Below, piece after piece: positions 50,821 through 63,857 of a stretch of DNA of 64,000 nt. The first letter of the stretch is position 1. Every line of letters starts with the position of its first letter. The stretch comes from Eledone cirrhosa (taxonomy: Eukaryota): positions 227,974,001 through 228,038,000 of the forward strand of contig OZ024743.1 of assembly GCA_964016885.1 (NCBI GenBank), written 5' to 3'. The notes under the pieces were generated by a model. The model had not been told where the DNA came from. It worked only from the letters and a program-made list of their open reading frames with translations, and made no database searches. Both the position numbers and the translations under genes were made by a program.

Positions 50821-52471
50821 TTTATATTAGGAAGATAAGTATGCAATGAGAATTAAAAGGACCCTATATTAAGTAGAGGTACATAATAACACATCTACCA
50901 CTCTACACACACACAAACACACATATTCGTACACTACTTCACATACACAATGGATCACCTACAATGTAAGTATGAACAGATTTCTAAAACTGCTTACTTT
51001 GAAAGAAAGGTGTTAGTGGTAGTGATGTTGGTGTAAGTGAATACCTTACATTAACTCATACATCAAAGACAAGACATGACTTATTCTTGGTATAAAGAAG
51101 AGCCAGATAGACATAAATCCACTAGTCTCTCAATCCAACCCACATACTCCATTATCACAGACATTGTATGTTACCACCAAAACATTAGCAAGACAATCAT
51201 TTTCCACAGGAAGAAAAATATAAGCAGGTGAACATCAGCATCTGTGGTTGACAACAATACTAAGAACTTTTAATGCTTAATGTCCTGTACCACATGAAAC
51301 CACCTTTGCTAGACATTCTTGAAAAGTACAAAACAGCACTATGCTTGCAAAACATTAAATATTAAAGTCTTCCCTCTAATACTGTACCTTTTCCCCCAAC
51401 AATCTGTCCATTAGTAAAGACACTATAAACAATTGTATTAACACACCTGTTTTTAACAGTCATTATAGGATGTTAAGAGTTAAAGACATTTAAATTCTCA
51501 ATTTTGAGAGAAGTACAATAAACAATTATTTAACCTTTTCCTGACTAGATTACTAATACACTTTATTTGAAATATTTAATGAAACATTTTGAGGGTTTAT
51601 TAAAATTCTTAATTATTTCATTACTAAGATAGTAACTTCATTCATGGTTCTCATATAAAATTATGTTGAAGGATTTTAATTTAAATAAACTTAAAATGGG
51701 TTGTTTTGTTTCATAGAACCAGAGCTCGTTTTGGGTTAGGTTTGTACCACTGCATCCACCCATACAGATACCAGCTTCTGAGTGTATAACCTGAAGTAAT
51801 TATTGCACCGTGTTCTCAAAACTAGCAAATATTATTACCCACAGTTTATTGCCTAATTATTACTAATTAACAAACTATTATTATTACTAATATCAATGCC
51901 ATTATTCCTCATTACAGTTTTCAAAATAAAGAATAAGAAGAGAGTGAATGTAAAACAAAACATTGCAGTTGTTATAATGAGAAAAGTTAAACAAAATAAT
52001 AATAAAAAAGAGACAAAGAGAAAGCTGTGATTAAAAGCTCCTGAGCATTATTTAATTTTAACATCCTAAAACATGACCAATTATATTTCCAAATTTCAAT
52101 GAACAAAGTAATTTTTGACTATCAGCTATTTTAGTGCCATTAAAATGTTCATTGTGATGACTAGCACATTATTATAATTCAGTCTTAGCTCACGGAGCTA
52201 GAACACAACAATAATGGCAGACAGCTAGAAATTAAACATTATCTAAGAGAATATCTTCTAAAGCACACATTTTACATACATACATGTGTGTATGTGTATA
52301 TATATATATATATATATGAGTGTATGCTTTTGTGGAGATAGCAGATTTTTAAAAATCATTTGGTTAATTTTTGGAAATGTCTACAACAGTGACTCCCAAT
52401 CTGTTCACTACCAAGGACTCACATTTATGCAAATAAAACCCCACAACCCATCCCACATTGTTCTACAGTAA

Positions 52472-52647
52472 TAATGGTTTCTGATTTAGGCACAAAGCCA
52501 GCAATTTGGGGAGAGGGGAAAGTCGATTAAATCGACTCGAGTGTTTTACTGATACTTTATTTTATCGATCACATAAGGATGAAAGGCAAAGTTAACCTCG
52601 GCAAGATTTGAACTCAGATCGTAAAGGGACATAACTCTATGCTGCAA
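52472..52647 (-). mobile_element. S1-related SINE (longer 3' variant)
   Basis: GGATGAAAGGCAAAGTTAACCTCGG...GATTTGAACTCAG. Confidence 0.75.
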
Positions 52648-53145
52648 CGTTACCTAGCAATAATAACAATCAAAACAGAGAAATATAAATACCTAATATG
52701 TTTATATTATGTTTATAAGAAAAGCATGTTTAAAAATTTGAAGTTAGCTCATGGATTCCCTAATACTACCCTTGCAGAAGATCCTAGGTTGGAAACCCCT
52801 TAAGAGGATCTACTTAAGAATATTGATATATTTTGTCTAGCGAAAAAAGAAGTTATCTTTTTAGGGCACAGAAATGAGATTTTGTCATTTGCATGCATTT
52901 TTTTTTTTTCCAATGTTTTAGTGGAATAAATTAAGTGAAATAATAATTATAAAAATTGGTGTTAGGTTGTTGGGAAATATTCAGGGAGTGGATGAAAGAG
53001 AAAGGGTAGAGTATGGGAGAGAGAGAGAGAGAGAAATAACGATGTAGACAGTGAATGACTTTAAAAAGGAATCGGAAAAATATAAGAAAGTATTGGCTTA
53101 AGATGGTGGGTAAGGGGTAAGTGGTGGTAGAAGAAAGAGCTTTCA

Positions 53146-53625
53146 ATGGTAGTAGATATAGTAATAGTACTGCTGGTGTCTATGGTGGTGATGGTGGCAG
53201 TATTTATGGCGGTTGTAGTGGTAGAAGCTGTAGTGTTTAAGGTAGTAGTAGTAGTGCCAGTAACATTTATGAGGGCAGTAGTACTGGTGGAAGTATTTAT
53301 GGGAGGAGTGGTAGTAGAAGCAGCAATATTTAAGATAGTAGTAGTGGTGGTGGCAGTTTTTATTAGGGTAGTAGTAGTGACGGTAGTAGTATTTAAGGTA
53401 GTAGTAGTACTAGTGGTAGTATTTCTGGTAGTAGTAGTACTAGTGGTAGTATTTCTGGTAGTAATAGTGTTAGAAGCAGCAGTATTTAAAGTAGTAGTAG
53501 TAGTAGTAGTTTGAGTATTTAAGGCAGTAGAATTGTTTGTAGTATTTATGGTAGTAGTAGAAGTGGTAGCAGTGGTAGTATTTAAGGTAGCAGTTGTAGT
53601 GGTTGTGATGAAGTTTGGTAGCAGC
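53146..53625. repeat. Degenerate GTA/GTG-rich ~30-bp minisatellite
   Basis: Repeated AGTATTT.AGGTAGTAGTAGT units; source of the poly-Val ORF. Confidence 0.85.
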
Positions 53626-53714
53626 AGGCAACTAGGGAGTAACAGAGGGGGACAAGTGGAGGGAAAAGCTTATTCCTTTATTTGTCTGTTCAGAGCTTAG
53701 GAACTGTCTGTCTT

Positions 53715-53890
53715 TCATTCATTCATTCTTCCATTCCTCTTCCATTCAAGGAATGTTCCCAGATATGTTCCTGTGTTCATTATCAGAAACATTCTCCTGC
53801 AGAAGCTAATAAGTTCATTCATTGTGCTCATGGTGGAATGCATGCAAAAGTATAATGAGGCAAAAACAACCTGTACTTAAAAAGAATGCC
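53715..53890. promoter_or_regulatory. Cluster of TEAD/Scalloped-type motifs (candidate enhancer)
   Basis: CATTCT 53724, CATTCC 53732, GGAATG 53750, ACATTCT 53789, GGAATG 53835, AGAATG ~53883. Confidence 0.3.
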
Positions 53891-54073
53891 ACAAGATATG
53901 TCACAGACCAGTGATTAGGGGTGACAGAAGAGAGTGGGGAGGGAAAGAGGTAGTTGGAGGGAGAGTGGGGGTGCTAGATGAAATAGTTTTAGTAGGAGGA
54001 AAAACAGATTGACTGATATAGTCAGAGAAAGGCAGATGTGTATATATGTGTATGGGTGTGTGTGTGTATATAT

Positions 54074-54240
54074 ATAGGAAAAATTATGACCCTGACGGCA
54101 GAGCTCAAGCTGTTTCAACAGCTATTTTAGTCTTGGAAACGGCTTGAGCTCTGCTGTCGTGGTCATAATTTTTCCTATTACCCACTCTACTACCCTTAGT
54201 ATTGAGTACTCTGGTGCATTATGGTCCATCTGGTTCCTTA
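54074..54240. repeat. Hairpin-bearing interspersed repeat (43-bp stem), related to 58820-58975
   Basis: 54074-54116 pairs with 54136-54178. The downstream TATTACCCACTCTACTACCC..AGTATTGAGTACTCT is shared in inverted form with 58861-58897. Confidence 0.7.
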
Positions 54241-55003
54241 CCACATCTCCTTCGTTATATATATATATATATAATATGGGTGTATATGAATTCTTTATTA
54301 GCCACACAGGGGTGTATATGATAACAGAGTATGTTTATGTATAATATACACATGAGAGCTACTGGCAATATATATTGTTATTACTGTACAAAATAATTTT
54401 TTGTATGCCATATAGATATATATGCATATAATATAAACAGGATTTCAGGAAAAACTAGGCAACATTTGTTGAAGTTTGAAGAAACATTTATTATACAAAT
54501 ATTATATCGAACTTCAATAAATGCATAATAACATTAGAAAATCAGGTAAAATACCTTTATCTTTCCCGATTTTGTAAAGCTATTATTGAAAGCAATCAAC
54601 TGTGGTTACAGGTATTTTCTGTATTAGGGATTTCTACATTTTATAAGAATATATATATCGATAATTACACACACATCCTCTTCGAAATGTGCATAGCTGG
54701 TTGATACAGAATAAAATACTAAATACATGTAAATGAAACTTCATAATTTTTCTTAATATATATACTCGGCCTGTGCATAGAATGCTCATTTTGATTATAC
54801 CACCAATAATTCACTGAATCACATACAATATATATATATATACATATATATATGCCATTGGATAAACAGATGTTGAGAACAGGAGTGGAAAGCCAACACA
54901 CACTTATCTATAGTTTACTTTGGCAGATCTCTGGAGTTTCCCTGACATATATTGTTGATTCATCAGACAGGAAAAGAGTGAATTCAGTTTTTTTACTGTC
55001 TGC

Positions 55004-55046
<43 letters not shown>

Positions 55047-55069
55047 TAGATAGAGAGAGAGAGATGCAT

Positions 55070-55110
<41 letters not shown>

Positions 55111-55282
55111 AGACAGAAAATTATACAGAAACCATTGGGGAATACTCAAAATGAGAAAGCTTATCTTCATAATCATCATTATCACTATATGCATTGATAC
55201 ACTTGGCAGTAGAATTGTTTTCAACCCATCAACCCCACCTCCATCCCTCTCATTATTATCATTATTATTATTATTAAGGATA

Positions 55283-55478
55283 AGGGGGTGGATTGGCAGT
55301 ATCAGTGGAGGGTCGGACACCATGCTTTGACGCATAGAGTTACGGCCCTTGCCATTCTGAGTTCAAATCCCGCCGAGGTTAACTTTTCCTTTCATCCTTA
55401 TGGGGTTGATAAAATAAAGTACCAGTAATGTACTGGGTAATTGCCGGCCTTGTGCCAAAAGTTGAAACAATTATTATT
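55283..55478 (+). mobile_element. SINE family S1, full length
   Basis: Same motifs as 11836-12037. Confidence 0.88.
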
Positions 55479-56206
55479 ATAATTGTTATTGCCATAGCAG
55501 CTGTCTGATGTGAATCAATGTTAATAATGAATGACCTTGACATTGATTCTCAGTTGGAACTGCTTTCTTGAGTAGAAAGTTATAAGAATGTCACCAACTC
55601 ACCATCTACTGTGTCTATCTAAATATCTGATTATCTTCATGCTTATATGGAAACTAACCCTCTCTCAAAAGCCCTTATCAACATTACCCATCATTATCAT
55701 TATCTAACAGCAGCAGCAGCAGCAGTAGTAGTAGTAGCAGCAGCAACAGCAGCAGCATTGCCTATGCCTCATTGTGGTGGTGGTGGTGGTGCCTTTTAAT
55801 TTCTACCAATACCAGCATTCATATTCTGATTTGGTTCAGCAGCAAGACTGCATGCCTTAAAAATCACACCTGCCTTTTTTTTTGTCTATCATTATTATTA
55901 TTATTATTGTTATCATTTTTTTAGTTTGCAGCCAGTATTACAGTTGTTTTTGTTACTATTGTCATTGCTGCCATTGTTGTTGTTGAGTGTAGTTGTCATC
56001 TTTGGAAGGACCATCACAACATGGATGTAGGAACCAAGACAAGGAGATATAACAAGAGGAAGAAAGAAAAAAAGACATTTAAAGAGCCCCCTCCACCAAA
56101 ATAACAACAACAATAACACAAACACACTACCAACACCACTGGGGACTGCATAAAACGTTTCCCATTTCCATAACCATATTATTATTAAAACACTACAATA
56201 ACAGAC

Positions 56207-56416
56207 TGTGTGTGTGTGTATGTTTAAAGGAGAGCTAGTAGGCTTAGATGCCAGTTACTTTCTATGCACAAGTTTATATATAATGATATGTATAGATAGA
56301 TACACATGGGAAAGCAAACTTTAAATGATGATCCATTTATACATATCACATATAAACTTGTGCATAGAAAGTTAGCGGCCACCTAATCCCCCCTAGCTCT
56401 CTTTTACACACACACA
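56207..56416. repeat. Long imperfect inverted repeat (MITE-like or hairpin RNA)
   Basis: Perfect 23-bp stem 56257-56279/56350-56372 plus outer GAGAGCTAG/CTAGCTCTC and inner TGATATGTATA/TATACATATCA pairings. Confidence 0.75.
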
Positions 56417-56579
56417 TGCATGTGTGTACATAAACTGCATACAAACCATAGTGATTTTTAACATGGGTTAGTCACCAAAGCTAGGTTAAGCTTCACTGTT
56501 GCCCAGATATGGGATTCATCCTAATCCTAATGTACTGACCTTTACAAATGTTAAGTGTGATAGCCCCATCACCTTGTAT

Positions 56580-56806
56580 TGACTTTTTGATACCATTTTT
56601 TTTTTTCATGAAAGACACTTGTAATTTGCAAATCATTTTGAAAATAATCAAGAGTTTATAGGAATTTATAGCTAACATTCTCATTATTAAGTTGGTGTCT
56701 GGAGCATATAAAACTAGGATATAAGGCAAGCACAAATGCTTTGAAATAAAATATTTATCATTTAACCAGTGGCAATTTCCGATGGTTTGGTTATCAAAAG
56801 GGTTAA
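56580..56806. mobile_element. MITE-like repeat ending ...TATCAAAAGGG-TTAA (piggyBac-like end)
   Basis: CTTTTTGATA at the left end, TATCAAAAGGGTTAA at the right end; shared internal motif with 43266 and 11312. Confidence 0.5.
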
Positions 56807-58644
56807 GGTTATTAATCAGAAGAGTTTCAGAATGACAAAAGCCACCTTTTCATCTTAAAACCCAAATGCCTATAGTTTGATTAGGTATATATATATATAT
56901 ATCTCAATGCTAACAAACCTATATTCTAGCAAGGCTGATTGATTGCATTGTGACACACACACACGTGTGCATGTTCGAGTACATGTGTGATGATCTGCAG
57001 ATTTGAATGCTAATCTGGAAGGTGTGTGGTTTGGTATGCACTGAACATGCTTGCTACCCCCTCGTCATACTTTCTTATATGTTGAAAATACACATATTTA
57101 TGTGTGTGGGGGGGGGGGGGGGGTGTTTATGGATCTCTATGCATAGTATAGTATGTGTAGGTGTGTGTAATTGTTTGTGAGTGTATGTGTTCGTGTAGTG
57201 GTGCATGCTCCTGCAAACAGGTTTTGCTGTCAGGAGAAGACCATCTTCTACTCACCTTCCAGAAGAAAACAGACATACACATACACAAACATACAATACA
57301 TATACTCTTGGACAAACAAATACAAGTGGTAAACATACCATTGTGGAACACACATAGACTAACACAAATGCAAACATACACACTCATTGACACACAATTA
57401 CAAAACTAAACATAACCACACACACGTGCACACACACATTGCAAAAATAGTTTGGTATCAGCATCCTTGATTGATGGATTACACAATGTCACTCTCAGAA
57501 AAATGAAAAATAAATAAATACACAAGAACAGAGAGGATGGTGACTGTGATGGTGACTGTGGTTGTGGAGTGTTGAAGGTGTGGTGGTGGTGTTTGGAGGC
57601 TATTAGAAATTAGGTATTGGTTGGGCATGGAGGGTGGTCATGGTGGGTGGGTGTTTTGGAATGGGTTAGGTGGGGGAAGATTATTGAAACTGAGGTACTG
57701 GCTGGGAAGGAATGGTGGTGATGGTGGACAGGAGTGGAACAATGTGATGTCCTCATAATTATGATGTGCTCAAGCTCTGCTCTGCTCCACTACACTCCAC
57801 TCCGCTCCCACCCACCACCAATCCACCCACACTTCACTAAAATGAGGAAATTTAATGAGGCAGTCATTAAAACACTGTTAGAAAGAAAGACCCGAGTGCA
57901 AGTCTCTCTCTCTCTCTCTCATTCTCCATACTTCCACCTGTTTCTCTCTCTTCATACTTCTACCATCTCTGTTTTAGATTCTTTCCCCTATATGTCCCTT
58001 ATCATTCTATCTCATATGTTTCTCCCCCCCCCCTCTCTCTCTTTGCATACTTTCCCCATCTCTATTTTAGTTTTTCTTCATCCATACGTCCCTCACCTCT
58101 CTCTTTCCATATTTTCTCTCCCTCCCCATCTCTCTCTCTCCTTCTCTCCCTCCCCTTCTATCTCTTTGCCATATTTCTCCCGCTCGACATCTCTATCTTT
58201 CTATACTTTCCCTCCACCACTTCTCTCTCTATGTTCTCTTGTGTTGGTTTGGGAGAAGAGCTGGAGGAGGCATGGGTCAAATACAGAGAGACACAATGGG
58301 GGGAAAGATTGGGAGATATTTGTTGACACAGACTTAATATTGCTACACTGAAATTACTCTCCAATGTAAAAAGAGAAAGAGAGGGCAGAAGATGATGAAG
58401 GATCAGCTATATCATTTCTAATTACTGGGCTAACCACTACCACAATCATCACAACTATTACCACCACTACTGTTACTACTGTCCACTGCTGCCATACTTA
58501 GATTTTTGTAAGTAAAGAGAGACAAGATTGAAAAGATTTAGAATGACCATTGTAATAAGGATCCAACCCATTTTACATAGAAAAGTATACATACATACAC
58601 ACATACCTTTCCATGGTAAAAGTACTGGATATATATATATATTG

Positions 58645-58797
58645 TTGGTGTTAGGAAGGGCATCCAGCCGTAGAAAACCTGCTAGACAGTCCTATACAAG
58701 CGAGACATGGTCACCCGACCAATCTTGCCTCAATTAGGACAATTCCCGTCTAAACCCATGCTAGCGTGGAAGATAGACGTTAAACGATGATGATGAT
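58645..58797 (+). mobile_element. 3' tail fragment of RTE family A / derived SINE
   Basis: GTTGGTGTTAGGAAGGGCATCC...CCCATGCTAGCGTGGAAGATAGACGTTAAACGATGATG matches 2322-2470. Confidence 0.82.
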
Positions 58798-58819
58798 ATA
58801 TATATATATATATATATAT

Positions 58820-58973
58820 AAGAATGGAAGCAGCAAAAACCACTTAAACCATTACTCACAAGAGTACTCAATACTTGGGGTAGTAGAGTGGGTAATATGA
58901 AAGATTCAGGACCCTGGCGGGTATCTAGCTGTTGAAACGGCAGGAACTCAGCCGTCAGGGTCCCAAATTTGTC

Positions 58974-58975
<2 letters not shown>
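58820..58975. repeat. Inverted relative of the 54074-54240 hairpin repeat
   Basis: Shared AGAGTACTCAATACT..GGGTAGTAGAGTGGGTAATA and AGCTGTTGAAAC. 12-bp stem at 58909-58963. Confidence 0.65.
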
Positions 58976-59012
<37 letters not shown>

Positions 59013-59317
59013 GAGAGAGGGGGGGAATGAGAGAGCAAATGCAATAACAAAGAGAGCCTCTGTTGTTGAACTTTTATTAACACTGAATTAATGCAATTTG
59101 CTTGTAACTCTTTTAGCTGATGAGCCCGTTGGGATATTACATAGTTCAGCTGATGATGTAATGTTACTTAGTAGAGCTTGTCAACAGTGCTAATTATTTT
59201 GGTAGAGAAATGAAGACATGAGGGATATTTATAAATGTTTTCTCCTGATAGCTAACCACACTCTTGGTTTCAAGCTTCTTCTCACACCAATAAGTAGAGT
59301 AACAACATAAAATATAT

Positions 59318-59498
59318 AATTGTTTCTACTTTTGGCACAAGGCCAGGAATTATCCCAGTGTATTACTGGTACTTTATTTTATCAACTCCGTAAGGATGAA
59401 AGGCAAAGTTAACCTCGGCGGGATTTGAACTCAGACCATAAAGAGCCGTAACTCTTTGCTGCAAAGCAAGGTGTCAGACCCTCTACCGATACTGCCAA
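59318..59498 (-). mobile_element. SINE family S1
   Basis: Core and head motifs. Confidence 0.85.
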
Positions 59499-59549
59499 TG
59501 TTGCTCAAACAGAGCCAATACTAACACTTCTATAGAAAAGCAAGTTTTA

Positions 59550-59602
<53 letters not shown>

Positions 59603-60669
59603 CACACACATGAGTTTCTCATTATAATACCTACAATCTACTTACTTAGGTATCAAGTAGTAAGCTGAACAATGGTCTTACTAGCCTAAACTCCAATCTG
59701 TATATATACATATGTGTGTGTGTGGTGGTGTTATATGTGTTTATATATATATATATATTGAGGGTGAAGGTGATAGGTAAGCACAGTGATCAAAGGGCAT
59801 TCAAATTATGACCAATTTTTCAGGCGGTAAAATGGGATTTAAGAAAGATTTTACTGCTATTTCTAGCATTCATGTTGAGGCTTCTAAGTCAAAAGAAAAG
59901 GAGTTACCCAACAGGAATCTTAAGTAGATGTTAGATAACAATGTAAATGCAGACAAATGCAAAACAAAGGTATAGGGAGTGTGCTTTAAGGAGCCTGCTT
60001 ACACACAGTTGTGTTTAGTTTAGTGAGTATGAAGATCTAAAATTGCTACTACAGCTTTTACTCAACTAAAACAGTCAATAATATATTTTATGGCTCATTT
60101 TCTACAAATAACAAACAACACGTTTCAGTGGATCTCTTGAGTAGTTACCAACAACCATGAAGTGAAAAATAATTTTAAGATACCAAGCTTTCTGTTATCA
60201 TCATTTTAAGATATCAGTTGGCAGCAACAGTAAAGTGAAGGATTAAATTCCTTACCACACATATTTAGTTATATGTATACTATTACTACTACAACCATCA
60301 ACTGCAATTGAGTATGTTTTGGTGGTATGTAGCATGCTTTCACTAAACTAAGAGTTTTAAGTGCCCATGCAGTGGTGACCCCCTCTTGACCTATTCTTCT
60401 TTGCTCAAGTAGAACATCCAGAATGTGATAGCTGGTGTACTGGTTGATATTTTATCGACCCAAACGGATAAGAGACAAAGTGAATCTTAGGTGGAATGTT
60501 TTTAGAAAATGCAGAAACCCAGCCCAAATACCTAATGTTTTAATGAGTCTACCAAATCAACTGCCTAGTTATAAGTGCATGTGTGTCTATGCATGTAACT
60601 AAATATGTATGGCCATTCAAACTGCAAGAAATCACAACCAGATCTTCAAAACACACACAACTATTTTTC

Positions 60670-60915
60670 ATGTTGAACATTTGATTGTAAGATCCTGCGT
60701 TCAATTCCTAGTAATGCATTGTGTCCTTGAACCAGACACTTATCACATGTTGCACTAGTTTCTTCTTGAAAAATAAGTTGTACCTGTCAGTAAAAAGGGC
60801 CAGCCTTGTCTCACTGAGAACTACATTAAGGAGCAGCTGTCTGTGGGATACAGAGCCACTTGCAGGTTAATTGCATGATGAGGTTGACATGTTGTCAGAA
60901 CTGATGGAAGTCCAA
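60670..60915 (+). mobile_element. Degenerate SINE family S4
   Basis: GTTCAATTCC B box, GTGTCCTTGA...GACACTT, GGGCCAGCCTTGTC. Confidence 0.6.
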
Positions 60916-62794
60916 CATATGTCCCACATAAATGCAGATCATTTCAACTGGAATTCTTTTTATCATAGAACTCTTCAATCAGAATTGACTTGGTATTAAT
61001 CGACAAGAAAATCATCATCATATACTATAGAAAGGACAATACTACAGTTATAGCATACTGTCACAACCATCACTAACACCACCAATTGATAAAATTGATT
61101 ATGTTTGTTGATGTTTCCATCTGTTAAGGGGTAGAAATAGGTTCTGTGATCTAGATGGTAACTTATATAACATAAAATTTTACATGTTTATGTGATAAAT
61201 ATATAAGAGTAGAGTGGTAGTGAGTGGTGTGGTATGAGAAGGTGTGGTATGAGAAGGTATGGTTTAGTGTGTTGTCTTGTAGTGTGGCACAATGTGGTGT
61301 AGTGTGGCACAATGTGGTGTGGTGTGCTACAGTGTGGAGCATAGTGTGGTAGGGTAGTGATACATTTCATACAAATTATGTGACTAAGATAAGACAAAAG
61401 GAAAAGTGAGAAAAAGCTGTAAAACTACTCATTTGAGTAGGATACATTTACCACATACATTATCTATGCCATCCATGGTCTCTTAACTCCTATTAGAACC
61501 TTATGGATATCATCATGACATATGGTATGCCTTAGGCATTTACGCCTTGTGGATCCCATCCTTCTCCAGTTCAGAAGGTTCAAGAGAGAAGTGAGAAGGG
61601 GATTTAGAGGAAGAGTTGACTACAATATTAAACTGGTACTTTATTTATCGATCTCAAAAGAATAAAATTCTTAATGATTTTAAAAAATTCATAGGGTTAA
61701 TTGATGAAAGTCTTATCTAGACAGACACTTATCATTGTAACAACATAGCCATCTTCCTCAGCCACCTCTTGACATCAGCATAGATAAATAAAAGATCTTA
61801 ATTCAATTACGTTCTTGATACAGGGCCATAGCAAGGGGAAAGAACAACACAACTAAGGAAGTACAACATCATGTTATAAAGAAGTTAGTTGAAAGACAAG
61901 AATGAGCCTATGTAATAATATAGGCTGGTATTGCCGAATAGGTCAGTCAGAGATAAATTCTAAGTTGTTATTGAAGAATGCAACTACATTTACCTACCTA
62001 CTTACCTACCTACCCTCATACACATGTGGATGCATGCACACGTGCAGTCATTCACTTGCTACCAAATACATATCAACCGCCCCATCTCCAGTACCCCAAT
62101 CCACTCATATAACTATTGCCAACTAGCACCTCTGCTGTCAGTTAGAAAACAATAAATCTCTCCCTACACACATCTTTCTACCCCAACACCACTTCATGCA
62201 CTGCCCCCCTATCTTGAACTTCCATCCCCTCTCCTCTCATATCCCTGCATGCCTGTAATAAATCTCATAAGAAAATCTCTCTCTATATGTATGTCTGAGA
62301 GAAAATACTTTCCCCTTGTGTAAGTGAGTTTATGTATGTACTTACATGTTTTTGCTGCTGTTTTTTGTTGTTGTTATTATTATTGAATTGATTATTTATT
62401 TTTATTTATCTATCTTTTTTTTTTTTTTTTTTTTTTTTACTGCCGAATCTTCTTAAGTGATTCCAGAAAGATTTCCAGAGCTTTTAAATAAAAGCAGTAG
62501 AAAGCGGTAAACCTTAAACGATAAGAGACAAAAGGATTAATTCCTCCAATTTACTGAACTACTAGTTTGATCTATCACTTTAGTACGAGATAAAACGGAA
62601 AGAGAACATACACTTTCACCTCAGAAATAACCTTCTTACAGAGGAATTTTGCCACAAAACATGACGGCATCTGCAGATTGAGCAAAACTGAAATCTATTT
62701 GTAAACTGCGAAAGGAAAAGTTTGTGCTTGGAAGTAAAGTGGCTGGCATAAATGATCTTTAAAAAGTTGATATTAAGGATAGAGATAGAAGAGA

Positions 62795-62872
62795 GAACAT
62801 GTTAGAGGGCACATGTTAGACAGAACATGTTAGAATGAACATGTTAGAATGAACATGTTAGAGAGATGTTAG
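62795..62872. repeat. Short tandem repeat (GAACATGTTAGA-like)
   Basis: About 5 copies of ACATGTTAGA. Confidence 0.85.
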
Positions 62873-63389
62873 CAATAAAAATAACTATAGACATATGTAA
62901 AACGCCTCTGTTGATGCTGAAATGAAAGGAGAGAGATTTCAGTAGTAATGTCAGATTATGTAACGAGTGGAAATAACAATCAATTAATAAGAAATTGAAG
63001 ATATCTAATGAACTCACTGGAAGGATTAAAGAGATGTAGAAACAAAATATTTTAAGTTCCATTTCGAGAGAAAAGGGAAAGAAAAGGTTATAAAACAGCT
63101 GTGTGTTTGTGTGTATATATATGATATATAACTGTTATATGCCCTTCCATAAACGTGAACAAAGTGATTCCAATCTAACCGTATCTGTGAATGAAACAAA
63201 CACCATCAAAACACTTCATCTGGATCCAACCTACAATATATATATCACACAAAACAAAGTAAAAAAAACTAACCATGCCCTTTAGAACTATATCAGAAAC
63301 ACTGGTACACAGGTGAAGGACATCATGAGGCTACAGCCATTTTATTATGAGGTTTCAGTACGTATATGAATATGTGTGAGTGTATGCAA

Positions 63390-63685
63390 CATGGCTGAAT
63401 GGTTAAGTAGTTTGTTTCACAAATATTATGTCCTAGGTTCAATACCACTGTGTGGCAACTTGGGCAAAATAACATGCAACATAACCTTGTGAATAAAATT
63501 GGAAAGATGGAAACTGTTTGGATCCCTGCCATGTTAACTGTACCAGTAATTCAAAGGATCAGCCTTGTCTGCAATGAATCTTCTTCAGCATTATGTTAAA
63601 GTTACGCATGTCTGTGGATTGCTCAGCCACTTACATATTAATTTCATGAGCTGGCTGTTCCATTGATTGAACAACTGGAATAAAC
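63390..63685 (+). mobile_element. Degenerate SINE composite (S2 head + S4 body)
   Basis: ATGGCTGAATGGTTAAG...TTGGGCAA; CAGCCTTGTC...GCTCAGCCACTT...CAACTGGAA. Confidence 0.6.
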
Positions 63686-63813
63686 ACTACTTTGAGTACA
63701 ATTTTGTATCATGAAAGAATGAGCACTCGCTATGTAAACAGAGGCAATTTGTATAAGGTGCCAGGGGGTGCTATTAAGTTAGACATGGCCTGGGCTGAAA
63801 GCACCCATTAAGG

Positions 63814-63857
<44 letters not shown>

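Noticed and set aside
53146-53514. 122-aa poly-Val membrane-protein-like ORF (also the hydrophobic ORFs at 21236-21618)
   Set aside because: Translation of GTA/GTT trinucleotide-rich repeats.
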